Shown here piece by piece: positions 36,555-48,400 of a DNA stretch of 64,000 nucleotides. Both the position numbers and the translations under genes were made by a program. The stretch covers positions 1 through 64,000 of IMG/VR virus record IMGVR_UViG_3300042526_000097, one strand, 5' to 3'. This DNA is from a virus. A model generated the notes under the pieces. That model saw nothing but the letters and a program-made list of their open reading frames with translations, was not told the origin of the DNA and searched no databases. Position 1 is the stretch's first letter. Every line of letters starts with the position of its first letter.

Positions 36555-39500
36555 ATGGCACTAGACCCTACAGACTTATATGATGAAAACTTAGGAGCTG
36601 GAGATAATCCAGATCCTAATACTGCACCCCCACCGCCTAGTAAAAAGGGGTCTATAGATTTTAGTGATATCTATGCTCCAGCAGCTCCTTATCAAGGGGG
36701 AGATATATCTCAAAGACAAGCTGTTGACTATACAGGTTATTTACCTTATGGTCTAATGGAAGCTGAAGGTAGAAACCCTGAGTTAGAAAGAGGTGAGGCT
36801 CAACCTATGTATGAGAAGTTTGGTAATGCGGCTATGCAGACTGCTGTTAAGTTTGGTACTCAGTTAGTTGATATGGCCGGTGGACTTACTTCTTTAGCTA
36901 CTCAGTGGGGAGACAATAGGGACTATCAGAATGGTTTTACTAAAGCAGCTGATGAGACTAATGCTTGGTTAGAAAAGAACTTTCCATTATATAGAAGTAC
37001 TGAAGGTACATTTGGTTTAACAGATGCTTCTTGGTGGTTATCCAATACTGCAGGACTAGCAGCTTCTGTAGGGGGTTTTGCAATAGGTGGTATGGGTATA
37101 ACAAGTCTATTTGGAGCTATAGGTAAGTCGGTAGGATTAAGTGCCAGATTAGCTAGTGGATTAGTACAAGCAGGTGCAGACTTAGGTACTGCCTCTAAGA
37201 TAGTTGGTACCGGAGCAGAAGTCCTAACAGCTGGGACATTAGCCTATGCTGAAGGAGCTATGTCTGGTAGAGTAGTATACAATCAAGTCTACAATGCAAG
37301 GATAGCAGCAGGGGATAGTGAAGAAACTGCTAAGCACATGGCTGCACAATCAGCTGCTACTACAGTTCAATTAAATACTATAGTCAATACAGGTATGAAC
37401 ATGATTGGTGGTATGGGTATGTTCTTTAACCATGAGAAGGATGCTGTTTATAGAGTAGGTAGAAATGTACTTAAAGCAACTGAAGGTCAAACAGAGAAAG
37501 AGGCTGTTGAGGCTATAGGTAAGATGAAAGCAAGTGACTTTGCTACAGAACTAGGAACTAACATGACTCCTACAGGAAGAGTTGAGCACATACTCAAACA
37601 TACCCGTGAAGCAGTTGCAGAAGGTGTAGAAGAGATGACCAATCAATTCGCTGAACAAGTAGGTACTGAAGAGGGTAAGAAAGGAAAGACTCATGGATTC
37701 CTAGAACAACTTAGCCAACTAGACAACTACTTTAAGTATACAATGAATGAAGAAGGGGCACTTAACTTTGTAATGGGAGCTCTAGCCGGTCCTATACAGA
37801 ATGCAGTTGCTTCTCACATACCAATGCACAGAGTAGAGACTGGTAGTTATAGAACTGATCCAGTTACAAAAGAGTTAGTTGACAAAGATGGTAAGCCTGT
37901 ACAGAATGCAAAAGATGCAGCTAAGGAATACTATGAGAATGGTAAAAGACTAACCTCTGCTAAGAGGAATAGAATAATAACTGAACAAGACTTTGAAGGT
38001 GTTAAGAATAGAATAGTAGAAGATCTTAAATACATTGGAGATCAGAAGGAACAACTGGCAGAAGCTACCAAGAATGGAGACATTAAAAAAGCAGATGAGA
38101 TACGTGGTAACATCTTCAGTCTTATGAATCGTAATGCTGTACAGAATGGTATGTCTGCAAACTTAAAAGAATCCTATAGGTCCATAGCTGCCTTAGACAA
38201 TACCAAGACTGATACACAAGAACTAACTGAAAAGTTAGAAGATGCTGCTAAGTCTAGAGAAGAAGTAAAAGCTCAAGGGGGTGATACTACTGAGTTAGAT
38301 GCTGAGATAACTCAACTACAAGATGCTGTAAATAAATCCAAGAATCAAACATCGGCAATGATGTTAGGGTTTGCAGGTAAAGTTGGTGATATGTCTTATA
38401 AAGATAAGGCTGAAAAAGCAATGAAAGACCTGGACAACCTACAGTCTCTTTATGATAAGACTTTTGCCAAGTTTGGTATGGACAAGGACCATGGTAACTC
38501 TGAAGAGAAACATGTGGCAGACTTTATCTATCAGCTAGCTGCTGACAAGTATTTAACTCAATCAGCATTAGAAGATGCTAGAGCAGAACTAGGTAAAGAA
38601 GACAAAGACTCTGAACCTAGTATAGATATAAATCTAATGCTAGACTCTTATGCTGCGGCACATAAAGCATTAAGAGACAGAGCTCGTATACTTAGAAATG
38701 CACCACAAAGAGTTATTAATTATAATAAAATAATTGAGGAGTTAAACAGATTGTCTAATGAACCTCCTAGCTTAGCTAGAGATATGAGGTATGAAGAAAT
38801 CCTAAATCAGTTTGGGGTCACTATGACTATGGAAGGTGAGTCAGGAGAAACTGCAGGAGAAAGACTCAAAAGTTCATTAGAAAAAATGGGGAATAAGTTA
38901 GAAACTACTATTCAGTCCGCCTTACAACAAAACCTAGATGACCCTGAATTCCAAGAGTGGAAAAAGTCTCATCCTAATGACACATTAGAAGACTATATTA
39001 AGCATGTGAATAAAAACATGACTGACTCTATTTATCAACAACAATTAACTGATACCGTTGGAGAGTTAGAAGATAAGATAGGGGCCCTAGACGAAGTCTA
39101 TACTAATACTACTTCTCCTAAAGGTCTAGAGAAGTTAATGAGAAACTCTGCTAACTTCTATAAAGAACTGAGTAAGAAGTATGAGACTTTACAAAAAGCT
39201 TCTCAAACTAAAAGAAGAGAAGCATTAGTCAATGAGTCTGAGAAACAAGCCTACAATAGAAAGGTACGTAAAAGACTTAGAGACATGTACATGAAGAAGA
39301 TAGATGCATTAAAAGTAAGTGTAACTAGTCTTAATGCTGAACTGCAAAGATTGGCCCAAGAATTAATAGACAATCCTGAGAAAGCAATCTACATTGTAGA
39401 CAATATTCAAATCTTAAGGGACAAGATAAACTTAATGACTCAGGACATTACTAACTATACTGAGTATATTAATAGTCTACAAGATTCACTAGTTGCACCT

Positions 39501-42464
39501 GCCCCTCCTTCACAGGCTACATCAACAAATCAAGCTCCAGGACCTGGGGCACCCCCACCACCTAACACAACTCCACCACCACCAGGTCAAGCACCTCCCC
39601 CTCCTGCTGATGGATCTACCACACCGCCTCCTTCTAATCCACCTCCTCCATCTAATCCTGTAGCTGATGCTGCTACTGCATGGCAAGAGACTTATGCTAG
39701 GATTGTAACCCCTGATATAGAAGCTGAAGTAAGTAGAATTCTAGGAGATGCAAAGGCTAACGGCTCTTATAGCTTAGGGGCTTTTATACCTACTGGACTA
39801 TCACAAGAAGAGAGCTCTCAGTTAATGCTTGCTTTTAAGAACTTTCAAGAAGCTATGGGTGTAGTTATGCAAGAGGTAGCTAGTACAGTAGGACAGGCTC
39901 AAGCTGCAATGGCAGTTACACCTGACCAAGATACTACTATAGACCCACTCTTTGCAAACTTACAAGAGAACTACTTAGAGCCTAACATGGAGAAAACTGT
40001 CTTACCTGATCCACAGAATAAACAAGGTGGAGTAAGAGGTAAGAAGCAAACATCTCCTCATGACTCAGGGGCTAGTAAGAGTACATTATACTTTAGACAA
40101 ACAGATGCTAGTGGAAAGATAACAGCTGTAAGCACAGACCAATGGTCCAATGGAGATAGTAGAGTAGTAAGACATGATCAGCTAACTCCAGGAACTGAAG
40201 TCACAGTAGCTATTGATACTGCATACAATGGTACTAGAAAGAACTACAATCAAACAGCTACAGCTAATCCTAAGGCCCCTGGAGAAATACCATTAAGGTT
40301 TGAAGATTTCCTAGATGATGCTACTGGTAAGTTAAAAACTGATAGAGAGAGTATAGAGAATGTCCCTATAAGCCTTACTCCTAAAGGCAGTACTACTCCT
40401 GCTCAATGGCTTCATGCAGTTCCTTGGGTAGAAGAGAAAGACCCTAAAGGTACAGGGGAAGATAGGTTCTTTAATGTGGCATCACCTGATCCAAGCATTC
40501 CAGTACAGTCTATAGTTGATGAAGAATCAAGAGCTTTATTCGAACTAAGAAGAGCTATAGTTGAGGCATACAATAGAGGAGTAACTGAATTGACTACTAC
40601 AGTATCTGATAAAGGTCCTGGCAGTTTTGTACTTACAAAGAATGATATACTAGCCTCTAACCTTAAAGAGACTAACATGCAAGGGGGAAAGACTAAAACT
40701 ACAGTAGTCCCACTATCTCTTGTAAAAGAAGGTAACTTAACAGGTATAGATGGTAGACCTGAGATAACTAGTAAGGTAACAGGACTAGAATCTTTTATGG
40801 ATAACAGGCTAGTAGCCTTAGTACGTATGGCTAATGGTTCAAGGGTCCCAGTACCTTTGGCCGGTAAGAAGTTAGCAGATACAGACAGAGTAGCTTGGCA
40901 GACCTTTAATAGAGTTACTCAACTGTTTCTAAACTCTTCTAAACCTACAGAACAGAATACAGAAGAGATCCAAGAACTTAAAGCTCGTACAGGCTTTGAT
41001 GTATCTACAAGAGATGGATATAGAAACTTCATACTACAATACTTTACTTACTTCAATAACCCGGGGTCTACTGCAACAGGAGCTAGATTCATATTTGAAA
41101 ATGATGTCCTCAAGGTATCATTAAGAACTACTGAGGGTAGTGTGGAAGAGTATCTAATCAATACAGATGAAGATGGAGAGTTGACTACAGATGCTACTAA
41201 AGGGTTGACAAGATTGTTTGCCAACCGTTATAGGAATGTACAGTACACTAATTCCAAGACAGGAATGAAAGGACTTAATAGTGAAGAGAAGTTTGTAGAA
41301 CCTATCTACTACCCTGGTCCAGATGGAGAGATGAGTTGGAGCTACAGAACCTATGACTTAGGATACAATGAGTTCATATCTACTTATGCCACTACCAATA
41401 TACAACCTATAAACATGTCTGATGGAGGAGTAACCTATACAGATGAGAACGGTGTAGAGCAGCAAGGATTATTCTATGGGTCTAACCCAGTAATCAAGTA
41501 TGACTTCAAAAAGATACTAGAGTCTACTAAGATACCTAACCCGGATACAACCCTAGCAGTTGATGTGGTTGCCTCAGATGCTACAATCACTACTGCACAA
41601 CAAGCAGCTATGAATTCCTTGTCTAGTATCCTTGAAGAGAATCTACCTGAAGAAATAAGACCAGGTGTAACAGAGGTGTTTGAGTCTAATCCTGAACTAG
41701 CTTCTATTGGTACACAAGAAGAGTATTCTCAGTATCTTAATACTATATTTCCTGATAGTAAAGTAAAGGATATTGTTTACAGAGGTGAAAACGAGAAACA
41801 ATATAAAGGAGAAAAAGAGTACCATTATTCTCCAATAAAAGATGCAACTATTGGATATGGGAATAGTCATGCTGCATTGCTCAATACTATTAACCCTTTT
41901 GAAGCAAAAATTCAAAGAGATACTCAAAATAAAATACCTAATGAATTTGATTCAGTATTAAATTATAATCCTAAAACTATTGATTTATCAATGGTTAAAA
42001 TGTCAGATAGATTTGATTTCTTTGAAAAAAAGTACCCTAGAAAAGAAGAAGAAACTGATAGAGAGTATAATAATAGAAGAAGAGCATTTGCTGTAAATGG
42101 GGTATTTAATGAAGAATACCTTAAAGGAAATGAACATGGTATAGTTCATTCAACTATAGGGAATGTTTTACCAGAAATTAAAGTATCTAAACCAGAACAA
42201 ATACACATATTAGGAAGTAAACAAGATATAGAAGGATTTAAAGAGTTTGTGAGTAAAGGACAACCTGTGGCAAAAACAGTCAGCAATTCTGTAGGTACTC
42301 AGTCCAAAGCAGCTGAAAGTTTGGACAGTCTGCAGAACTTACTTAACTTTACACCACAATCCGAAAGGAATGGGAAGACTGCTCAGGAGGTTCTGGACTA
42401 CCTTAAGGTTGCTCAGATATCACATTTACCTGAAGGGTACAACCCATTCAAGCGGTGTAGCTAA
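36555..42464 (+). CDS. Giant ejected protein associated with the virion RNAP
   Basis: 1969 aa with hydrophobic Gly/Ala-rich N-terminal segments, EGVEEM.Q motif, coiled coils, Pro-rich linker and a C-terminal ART-like module. Confidence 0.75.
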   Translation: MALDPTDLYDENLGAGDNPDPNTAPPPPSKKGSIDFSDIYAPAAPYQGGDISQRQAVDYTGYLPYGLMEAEGRNPELERGEAQPMYEKFGNAAMQTAVKFGTQLVDMAGGLTSLATQWGDNRDYQNGFTKAADETNAWLEKNFPLYRSTEGTFGLTDASWWLSNTAGLAASVGGFAIGGMGITSLFGAIGKSVGLSARLASGLVQAGADLGTASKIVGTGAEVLTAGTLAYAEGAMSGRVVYNQVYNARIAAGDSEETAKHMAAQSAATTVQLNTIVNTGMNMIGGMGMFFNHEKDAVYRVGRNVLKATEGQTEKEAVEAIGKMKASDFATELGTNMTPTGRVEHILKHTREAVAEGVEEMTNQFAEQVGTEEGKKGKTHGFLEQLSQLDNYFKYTMNEEGALNFVMGALAGPIQNAVASHIPMHRVETGSYRTDPVTKELVDKDGKPVQNAKDAAKEYYENGKRLTSAKRNRIITEQDFEGVKNRIVEDLKYIGDQKEQLAEATKNGDIKKADEIRGNIFSLMNRNAVQNGMSANLKESYRSIAALDNTKTDTQELTEKLEDAAKSREEVKAQGGDTTELDAEITQLQDAVNKSKNQTSAMMLGFAGKVGDMSYKDKAEKAMKDLDNLQSLYDKTFAKFGMDKDHGNSEEKHVADFIYQLAADKYLTQSALEDARAELGKEDKDSEPSIDINLMLDSYAAAHKALRDRARILRNAPQRVINYNKIIEELNRLSNEPPSLARDMRYEEILNQFGVTMTMEGESGETAGERLKSSLEKMGNKLETTIQSALQQNLDDPEFQEWKKSHPNDTLEDYIKHVNKNMTDSIYQQQLTDTVGELEDKIGALDEVYTNTTSPKGLEKLMRNSANFYKELSKKYETLQKASQTKRREALVNESEKQAYNRKVRKRLRDMYMKKIDALKVSVTSLNAELQRLAQELIDNPEKAIYIVDNIQILRDKINLMTQDITNYTEYINSLQDSLVAPAPPSQATSTNQAPGPGAPPPPNTTPPPPGQAPPPPADGSTTPPPSNPPPPSNPVADAATAWQETYARIVTPDIEAEVSRILGDAKANGSYSLGAFIPTGLSQEESSQLMLAFKNFQEAMGVVMQEVASTVGQAQAAMAVTPDQDTTIDPLFANLQENYLEPNMEKTVLPDPQNKQGGVRGKKQTSPHDSGASKSTLYFRQTDASGKITAVSTDQWSNGDSRVVRHDQLTPGTEVTVAIDTAYNGTRKNYNQTATANPKAPGEIPLRFEDFLDDATGKLKTDRESIENVPISLTPKGSTTPAQWLHAVPWVEEKDPKGTGEDRFFNVASPDPSIPVQSIVDEESRALFELRRAIVEAYNRGVTELTTTVSDKGPGSFVLTKNDILASNLKETNMQGGKTKTTVVPLSLVKEGNLTGIDGRPEITSKVTGLESFMDNRLVALVRMANGSRVPVPLAGKKLADTDRVAWQTFNRVTQLFLNSSKPTEQNTEEIQELKARTGFDVSTRDGYRNFILQYFTYFNNPGSTATGARFIFENDVLKVSLRTTEGSVEEYLINTDEDGELTTDATKGLTRLFANRYRNVQYTNSKTGMKGLNSEEKFVEPIYYPGPDGEMSWSYRTYDLGYNEFISTYATTNIQPINMSDGGVTYTDENGVEQQGLFYGSNPVIKYDFKKILESTKIPNPDTTLAVDVVASDATITTAQQAAMNSLSSILEENLPEEIRPGVTEVFESNPELASIGTQEEYSQYLNTIFPDSKVKDIVYRGENEKQYKGEKEYHYSPIKDATIGYGNSHAALLNTINPFEAKIQRDTQNKIPNEFDSVLNYNPKTIDLSMVKMSDRFDFFEKKYPRKEEETDREYNNRRRAFAVNGVFNEEYLKGNEHGIVHSTIGNVLPEIKVSKPEQIHILGSKQDIEGFKEFVSKGQPVAKTVSNSVGTQSKAAESLDSLQNLLNFTPQSERNGKTAQEVLDYLKVAQISHLPEGYNPFKRCS

Positions 42465-42466
42465 CT

Positions 42467-45400
42467 ATGAGTTGTTATACTTCCCCTATTACTGGCCAAC
42501 CTTCTGTGTTGGCTCAGTTGCTTGACACTAACTACGGTCCAATGAAAAGAGACCGTATTATGTCTTACATATACTCTGACCAGTTCCTTAAAGAACATGG
42601 AGACTTCAGAAGTCCTATTACCAAGATACCATTAGACAGTATAGGGAAAGAGCCTAGCTTTGAGTGGGTACAGTCTTTGATAATAAACAAGCAAGACAGA
42701 ACTACAGGTCTAAATGAATTAAGTCAAAACCTTTTGGGCTTTCTAGATAAGTTAAATGTATCTACAGAGTTTAGAAGTGAATTACAAAGTGTCTCTGGAT
42801 ATAATGCTGCTTCATTAACAGACTTACTGTACAAAACTGTACTAGTAAGAAATGATTATAAGAACCCAGGTTTAGTTAAAGAAACAGCTTATGTAGCCTA
42901 TTCTTTTTTAGGTAAGAAGAACAAGATTAGAACTGATCTTATTAACAGTATTGAAAACTTTAAAAACTATCCAGAGCTATACCAAAAATATAAAGCAGCT
43001 AATGGCAGGTTATCAGACTATAAAATAAAAGAACTTATTGTAATTGACTACTTAGCTGATGCAATACAAAATGATTTTAAACATCCTAAGGACAGTTACA
43101 TAAATAGAGAAGCTGAGTACTGGCAGTTAAAGTCTGATTCTAAAATAGGTAGAGCTTTAGAGATATTACTTATAAAGTTTAAAAACTTCATTACAAACTT
43201 ATTCAATGTAAAGTTATCTGAACAAGAGTTAGATGCCCTAGTATCAGACTTAGCCCATGACATACTTACTAAAAACTTTCGAAAGTTTGGTAGTGAGTTA
43301 TCAGCAAAAGACCAGTTAACTAACTATGAAGACACAGTAGCAAAAGACCCAGTTGCAGGTAATATTATAGATAAGTTTACTGATAAATTAAAACTAGTAC
43401 TTACTGGGAGTTTATCGGCCAGATCACAAGGAACTTTCTACAGAAGCACAGAAGAAAACTTACATGACCTAGATTTTACGTACCAAGGAGGTAATGACCC
43501 TCAAGTATCTAAGTTCATACTAGATGTATACAGGAAATCTTCCTTAATGCCTTATGCAGATCGGCCTGCTTTCTTAAAGAAAAAGAGTACAGAACTTTTA
43601 AAAAGATTTCAAAACCACCCAGTTCTTTTAGGCATTAAACAAGAATTCCCAGATTTTAAGATAGAGAATGCCTTTATGAATAAGTCTGATAGGTTTACTA
43701 TTTCAGGTAGCATTGGAGAGCATGTTATAGATTTATTCTTTACACTTGATACTGATGTAGATTCTCATACACCTATGTTTCAAGACTGGGAAGCTACCTT
43801 TATTCAAAAGATAATAATGGGTAGACGTAAAGACATTAAAGACTTTGCCAACTTTATACCTTTCTTTACAACTCAAGGAAAAATAGCTCAAACAAAAGGA
43901 TTTAGACACTTTACATTTAAACCTATACTTAATAACCTAGAAGAATTAAGTCCTGAGATAGAAGAACAACTGCCTAGTGCAGAAGTTACCTTTGAGATGT
44001 TGAACCCTCAACAAAAACAGGCTTATAACAACACTATTAACTTCTTAAGCTCTCCTGAACAGTTACGTACTTTGTCAGGGTATGCAGGTACTGGTAAAAC
44101 AACTCTTACTAAATTCATTGTAGCAGATTTAAAAAGAAAAGGCATAAACTTTAAACTAGCTTCACCTACTCATAGGGCTAAAGAAGTATTACAGTCAAGT
44201 ACAAATGAACCTGCTATGACTGTAGCAAAGTTACTAGGATTAGGACCTGCTACAGAATTAGAAGACTTTAACTTGGTAGATAAGATATTTCAACCTGCTA
44301 GACCTGATGCAATGCCTTCAGGTGGTATAGTTATTATTGATGAAGCAAGTATGATCAATGATGACCTATTTGACTATCTTACTTCTTTAGCTGCTAGAAA
44401 GGGTTCTAAGATATTATTCATAGGAGATGATGCCCAGTTAAAGCCGGTTAAACAGAGAACTATATCTAAAGTATTTTCAGTTGAAGGCCAAGATAAGTTA
44501 ACTGAAGTGATGAGAACATCTAATGGTAATCCCATGCCTTCTGTAGTTCTTCAACCTATTAGAGATAATCAGAATTCTACTAGGGATATGTTTCCTCACA
44601 CTACAATGTTAAGTCCTTTTGGTGAGGGTATTGAATTTACAAAAGATGTTGATAGCTTTTTAGAAAAGTTAAGTGTTAGTGTAAAGGAAATGGTAAATTC
44701 GGGTAACCTTATGGCAGTTAGAGCTGCAGCCTATACCAATAAAGAAGTGGCTAACCTTAATAGCTACATCAGAGCAAAGATGTTTGGATTTGGTGCACCC
44801 AAGTTTGTAGAAGGTGAACTGATGATGATGTATGAGAATAGATTTTTTAGTGGGGGAGATTGGGTATTACCTAATGGGATGGACTTACTAGTTAGTAAAG
44901 TTAGCAGAATAGAAAATAAAAAGATTAAAAACCCTATTACTAATGAGTATATTATTCTATCTGGTTTTGAGTTAGATCTTCAAGGTGCTAAAGAAAAAGA
45001 GTTTAGAGAAACTGTATTTGTACCAGACACTGTACCAAAAGAGTATTTAATTGCTTTAAATGAACTTAAAGATAGAGCTATAAAAGCTTACAGTGCTGCA
45101 GATCGAGCAGCAGCTTGGAAGGATTTCTTTTCATTTGATGAGAAAGTATTTAGTATAAACCCATACTACTTGTATAATGATAACGTACTAGCCTCTCCTG
45201 ATGATTTTATTAATTTACTTAGACAAAACAACCCATCTCTAAGTTCTAAAGAAATTGAAAAGATATTAAATCAACATAAGTTCAAAGACAGAACTTTTAA
45301 CTATGGCTATGCTTTTACTATCCATAAAAGTCAGGGAGGTACTTATGATGAAGTGTTTGTAAATGAAGATGACGTAGATATTGCTAGTTCTTTTACTAAC

Positions 45401-48400
45401 CCTGACTGGCAGATGATTAACAGTCTTAAGTATGTAGGATTCTCTAGGTCATCTAAAAAGACTACAGTACTTTCTAAAAAAACTGATAACACTAATGCTG
45501 TTATACCAGAGACAATCTATGAAAAGCCTACTGCTCCCCCTCCACCACCTCCACCTCCTTTAAGTAATCTTACTGAAGATGAAATAGAACAACAATACCA
45601 AGAACTAGAAGATGAGTTAGACTTAAGTGACTACCCTCTAGTATCTTACCTTAAAGAAGATTATGAGGATGACAGTGTATCTCTTTTAGAAAATACTAAA
45701 TATTGGATCTCAGAACTTGAAAAGTTTAATAGTTTAAAATCACAAATTACTGAAGCTTTACAAGCAGGAGACAACGAGACAGCTCTTAATCTTAAGAAGT
45801 CTTTAGATAGTCTTACTAATACTGGTGAGTTTAACTATATAACTAGTTGGTATGAGCCTGACAGGGAACAGTTTAGAAAGAGTTCTGACTACATACAAGA
45901 AAAAGTAGATGTAGTTAAGGGTGACTTGGAATACCTTAAAGAAAGGTTAGAAGATGAAAGACAAAACTTAGTAAACTCTTTAACTGCTAGACAAACTGAT
46001 ACTGAACTTGGAGTCTATGAAGAGTTTGGAACATACTACAAGTTCAACACATCTCCTAGTGGTGTTATAACAGGAGAGTACAAACAGGGTAAAGATGGGG
46101 AGTGGAAACCTTTAAACAATAAGACTGCCCAAGACAAGCATGAAAGATTTGTAAGTCCTCCTCAAGCTCCTGTTCAACTTCAGCAACAGACTCTACCACC
46201 ACCACCCCCACCTCCTTCAGTTCAAACAACAGAACAAATATATTCTCAATTAGGAGATAAAACAAAATCTAAAGAAGCTCCAAATGTAATTCTTCCTGAA
46301 GATTTAGGTTTAAAATTTGATGGGTCACATAAATCTAACATGTGGACTGTACTTTCTCCAAACTTTAAAAAACAATACCCAAATGGAGTAATTGCATATA
46401 GAGGAAAAGTAGACAGTTCAGCAATTGGTAATCCTTTTTCTGTAACAAATAGAGGAGAAGATACTGTAAAACAATTTATAGAGTGGATTATAACAGGTAA
46501 CAATTTTGGAGTTGAAACCATACTAATGGGAGGTAAAAATTACAAGTTATCTGACCTTAGAAATGAGTACATTAATATAATTAAAAAAGCTAAAGGAGAA
46601 AAAATATTATATTATAAAGAGTTGGGGAGACCTTCTCATGCTACAGCTTTAGATTACTTAATTAACAGGTATAATTGGAATCAACCAACTGCTCAACAAA
46701 CTTCCCTACCTCCAGTTTCTTCTACACCTGCTATTGCAAATAAAGCTACTACTCAACCATCTACTAGTGTTGAAGTAATTCCTCTAAATGAATCACAAAG
46801 ATTTACTAGAGAATCAGCTGACACAGATAGCGAGTATATGTATTTATTTACAGATAATGCTGGTAGAACATCAGGCTCAGGAGTTATTGACCCTAACGGT
46901 TGGTATGCTAAAAAATATGGTGCAGATAAAAAATATGCAAGTAAAACACAAGCTGTAGCAAGAGGTCTTAATAATGTTTATCCTATTACTACAATGGTAG
47001 ATGATAAAAGAACTCAATGGACAGATGCTCAATTTGATACCTATAAAAAAATCATTGATGATGAGATAGCAACTATTAAAGAAGCATCTAAAAATTATAA
47101 AGGAATTAAGTTTGGTGCAGAAATGCCTTTTGGTAAAGGTGCAATTTCTAATATGAAAGATAGTGCTCCTAAAATATGGAATTATCTTAATACAAAACTT
47201 GCTGAAATAGGTATTGATAATACAGGAGATATGCCTATACCTACTCAACAATCTGCTAATCCTACTCAGCCTTCTGGTAACACAGCTAGTCCTGTAACTA
47301 TAGAGCCTTTAATCTTACCAGACAGTTTAACTGTAACTAAAAGATCAGAAGTAACCCAGGCTAATATAGACTCTATGAAGTCTACATTAAAGTTAGCCTT
47401 TGTAATGAAGGCTGCAGAGAATCCTACTCAACAGTTTAAAGTTCCTTGGCAGAACCCTTCTGCTAATAAGACTGTAGACAACTATGGATTCAATCAGTCA
47501 GACTATGCAAGGATAATGGATGAGATTCGTATGGAGATGGGGGATAGATTTCCTAGTAACCTTATATTCTTTCCTGCCTTTGAGTTTGCTATGAATAATA
47601 ACCCTGAGAGGTTAATGAAAGTCTATGCAGATAGGATAAAAGAATTTACAGCAGGTAGGTCAGCTCTACGTCTCAATGACTTAGAGATGGCTAAGATGAC
47701 TTCTAAGATGGAGATATCTATAACTACACCTGATGGTACTGTTGTAGATTACTTTACAAAGAGGCATGGCAGTGGAGCTCAAGAGGCTGTAGGTTCTCTA
47801 ATGCTTACTGCATTTCTAGACTTATACAATAAAGCCAATGGAAGAGTATCAGCTCCTCACTTAATTGGTCAAATACTATTAATGGCTAAAGGCCACTCTA
47901 ATATTGCAGGGCCTAACCAATCTGTGTGGACAGATATTGTCTCAAGCTTTACATTCAAAGGAGATGATCCTAAGTTGGGTTTACTTGACTTACTCTTTGA
48001 GAACCTAGCTCATCTAGGATACCGTATAGACTACAACAGCAAAGTAGCCTTAAAGGACTACTTCTCTGAGAAAAAGAATGACCCGGGCTTTATGCAATCA
48101 AACTTTGATAAGACTCTTAACTTAGAAGACAGTAAAGACTGGGAAAGAGATTACAATGACTATCTAGAAGATACCATAGACCTTATTGAGGTGGATGATA
48201 TGAAAGCTAAGACCTTAAGAGATTGGCAGGATAGTGCATTTGAAAGAAGTAGTAAAGACCAAGCAACTGCTAGGCTTAAACTATTTGTAGCTAATCAGAA
48301 GTTGATGGAAAGCTTTAGTGTTGGTGCAGTTAAATATGACCCTACTGATACTACTGCCATAGACTTGACAGATTCTATTAAGACTGTAGATACTATGACT

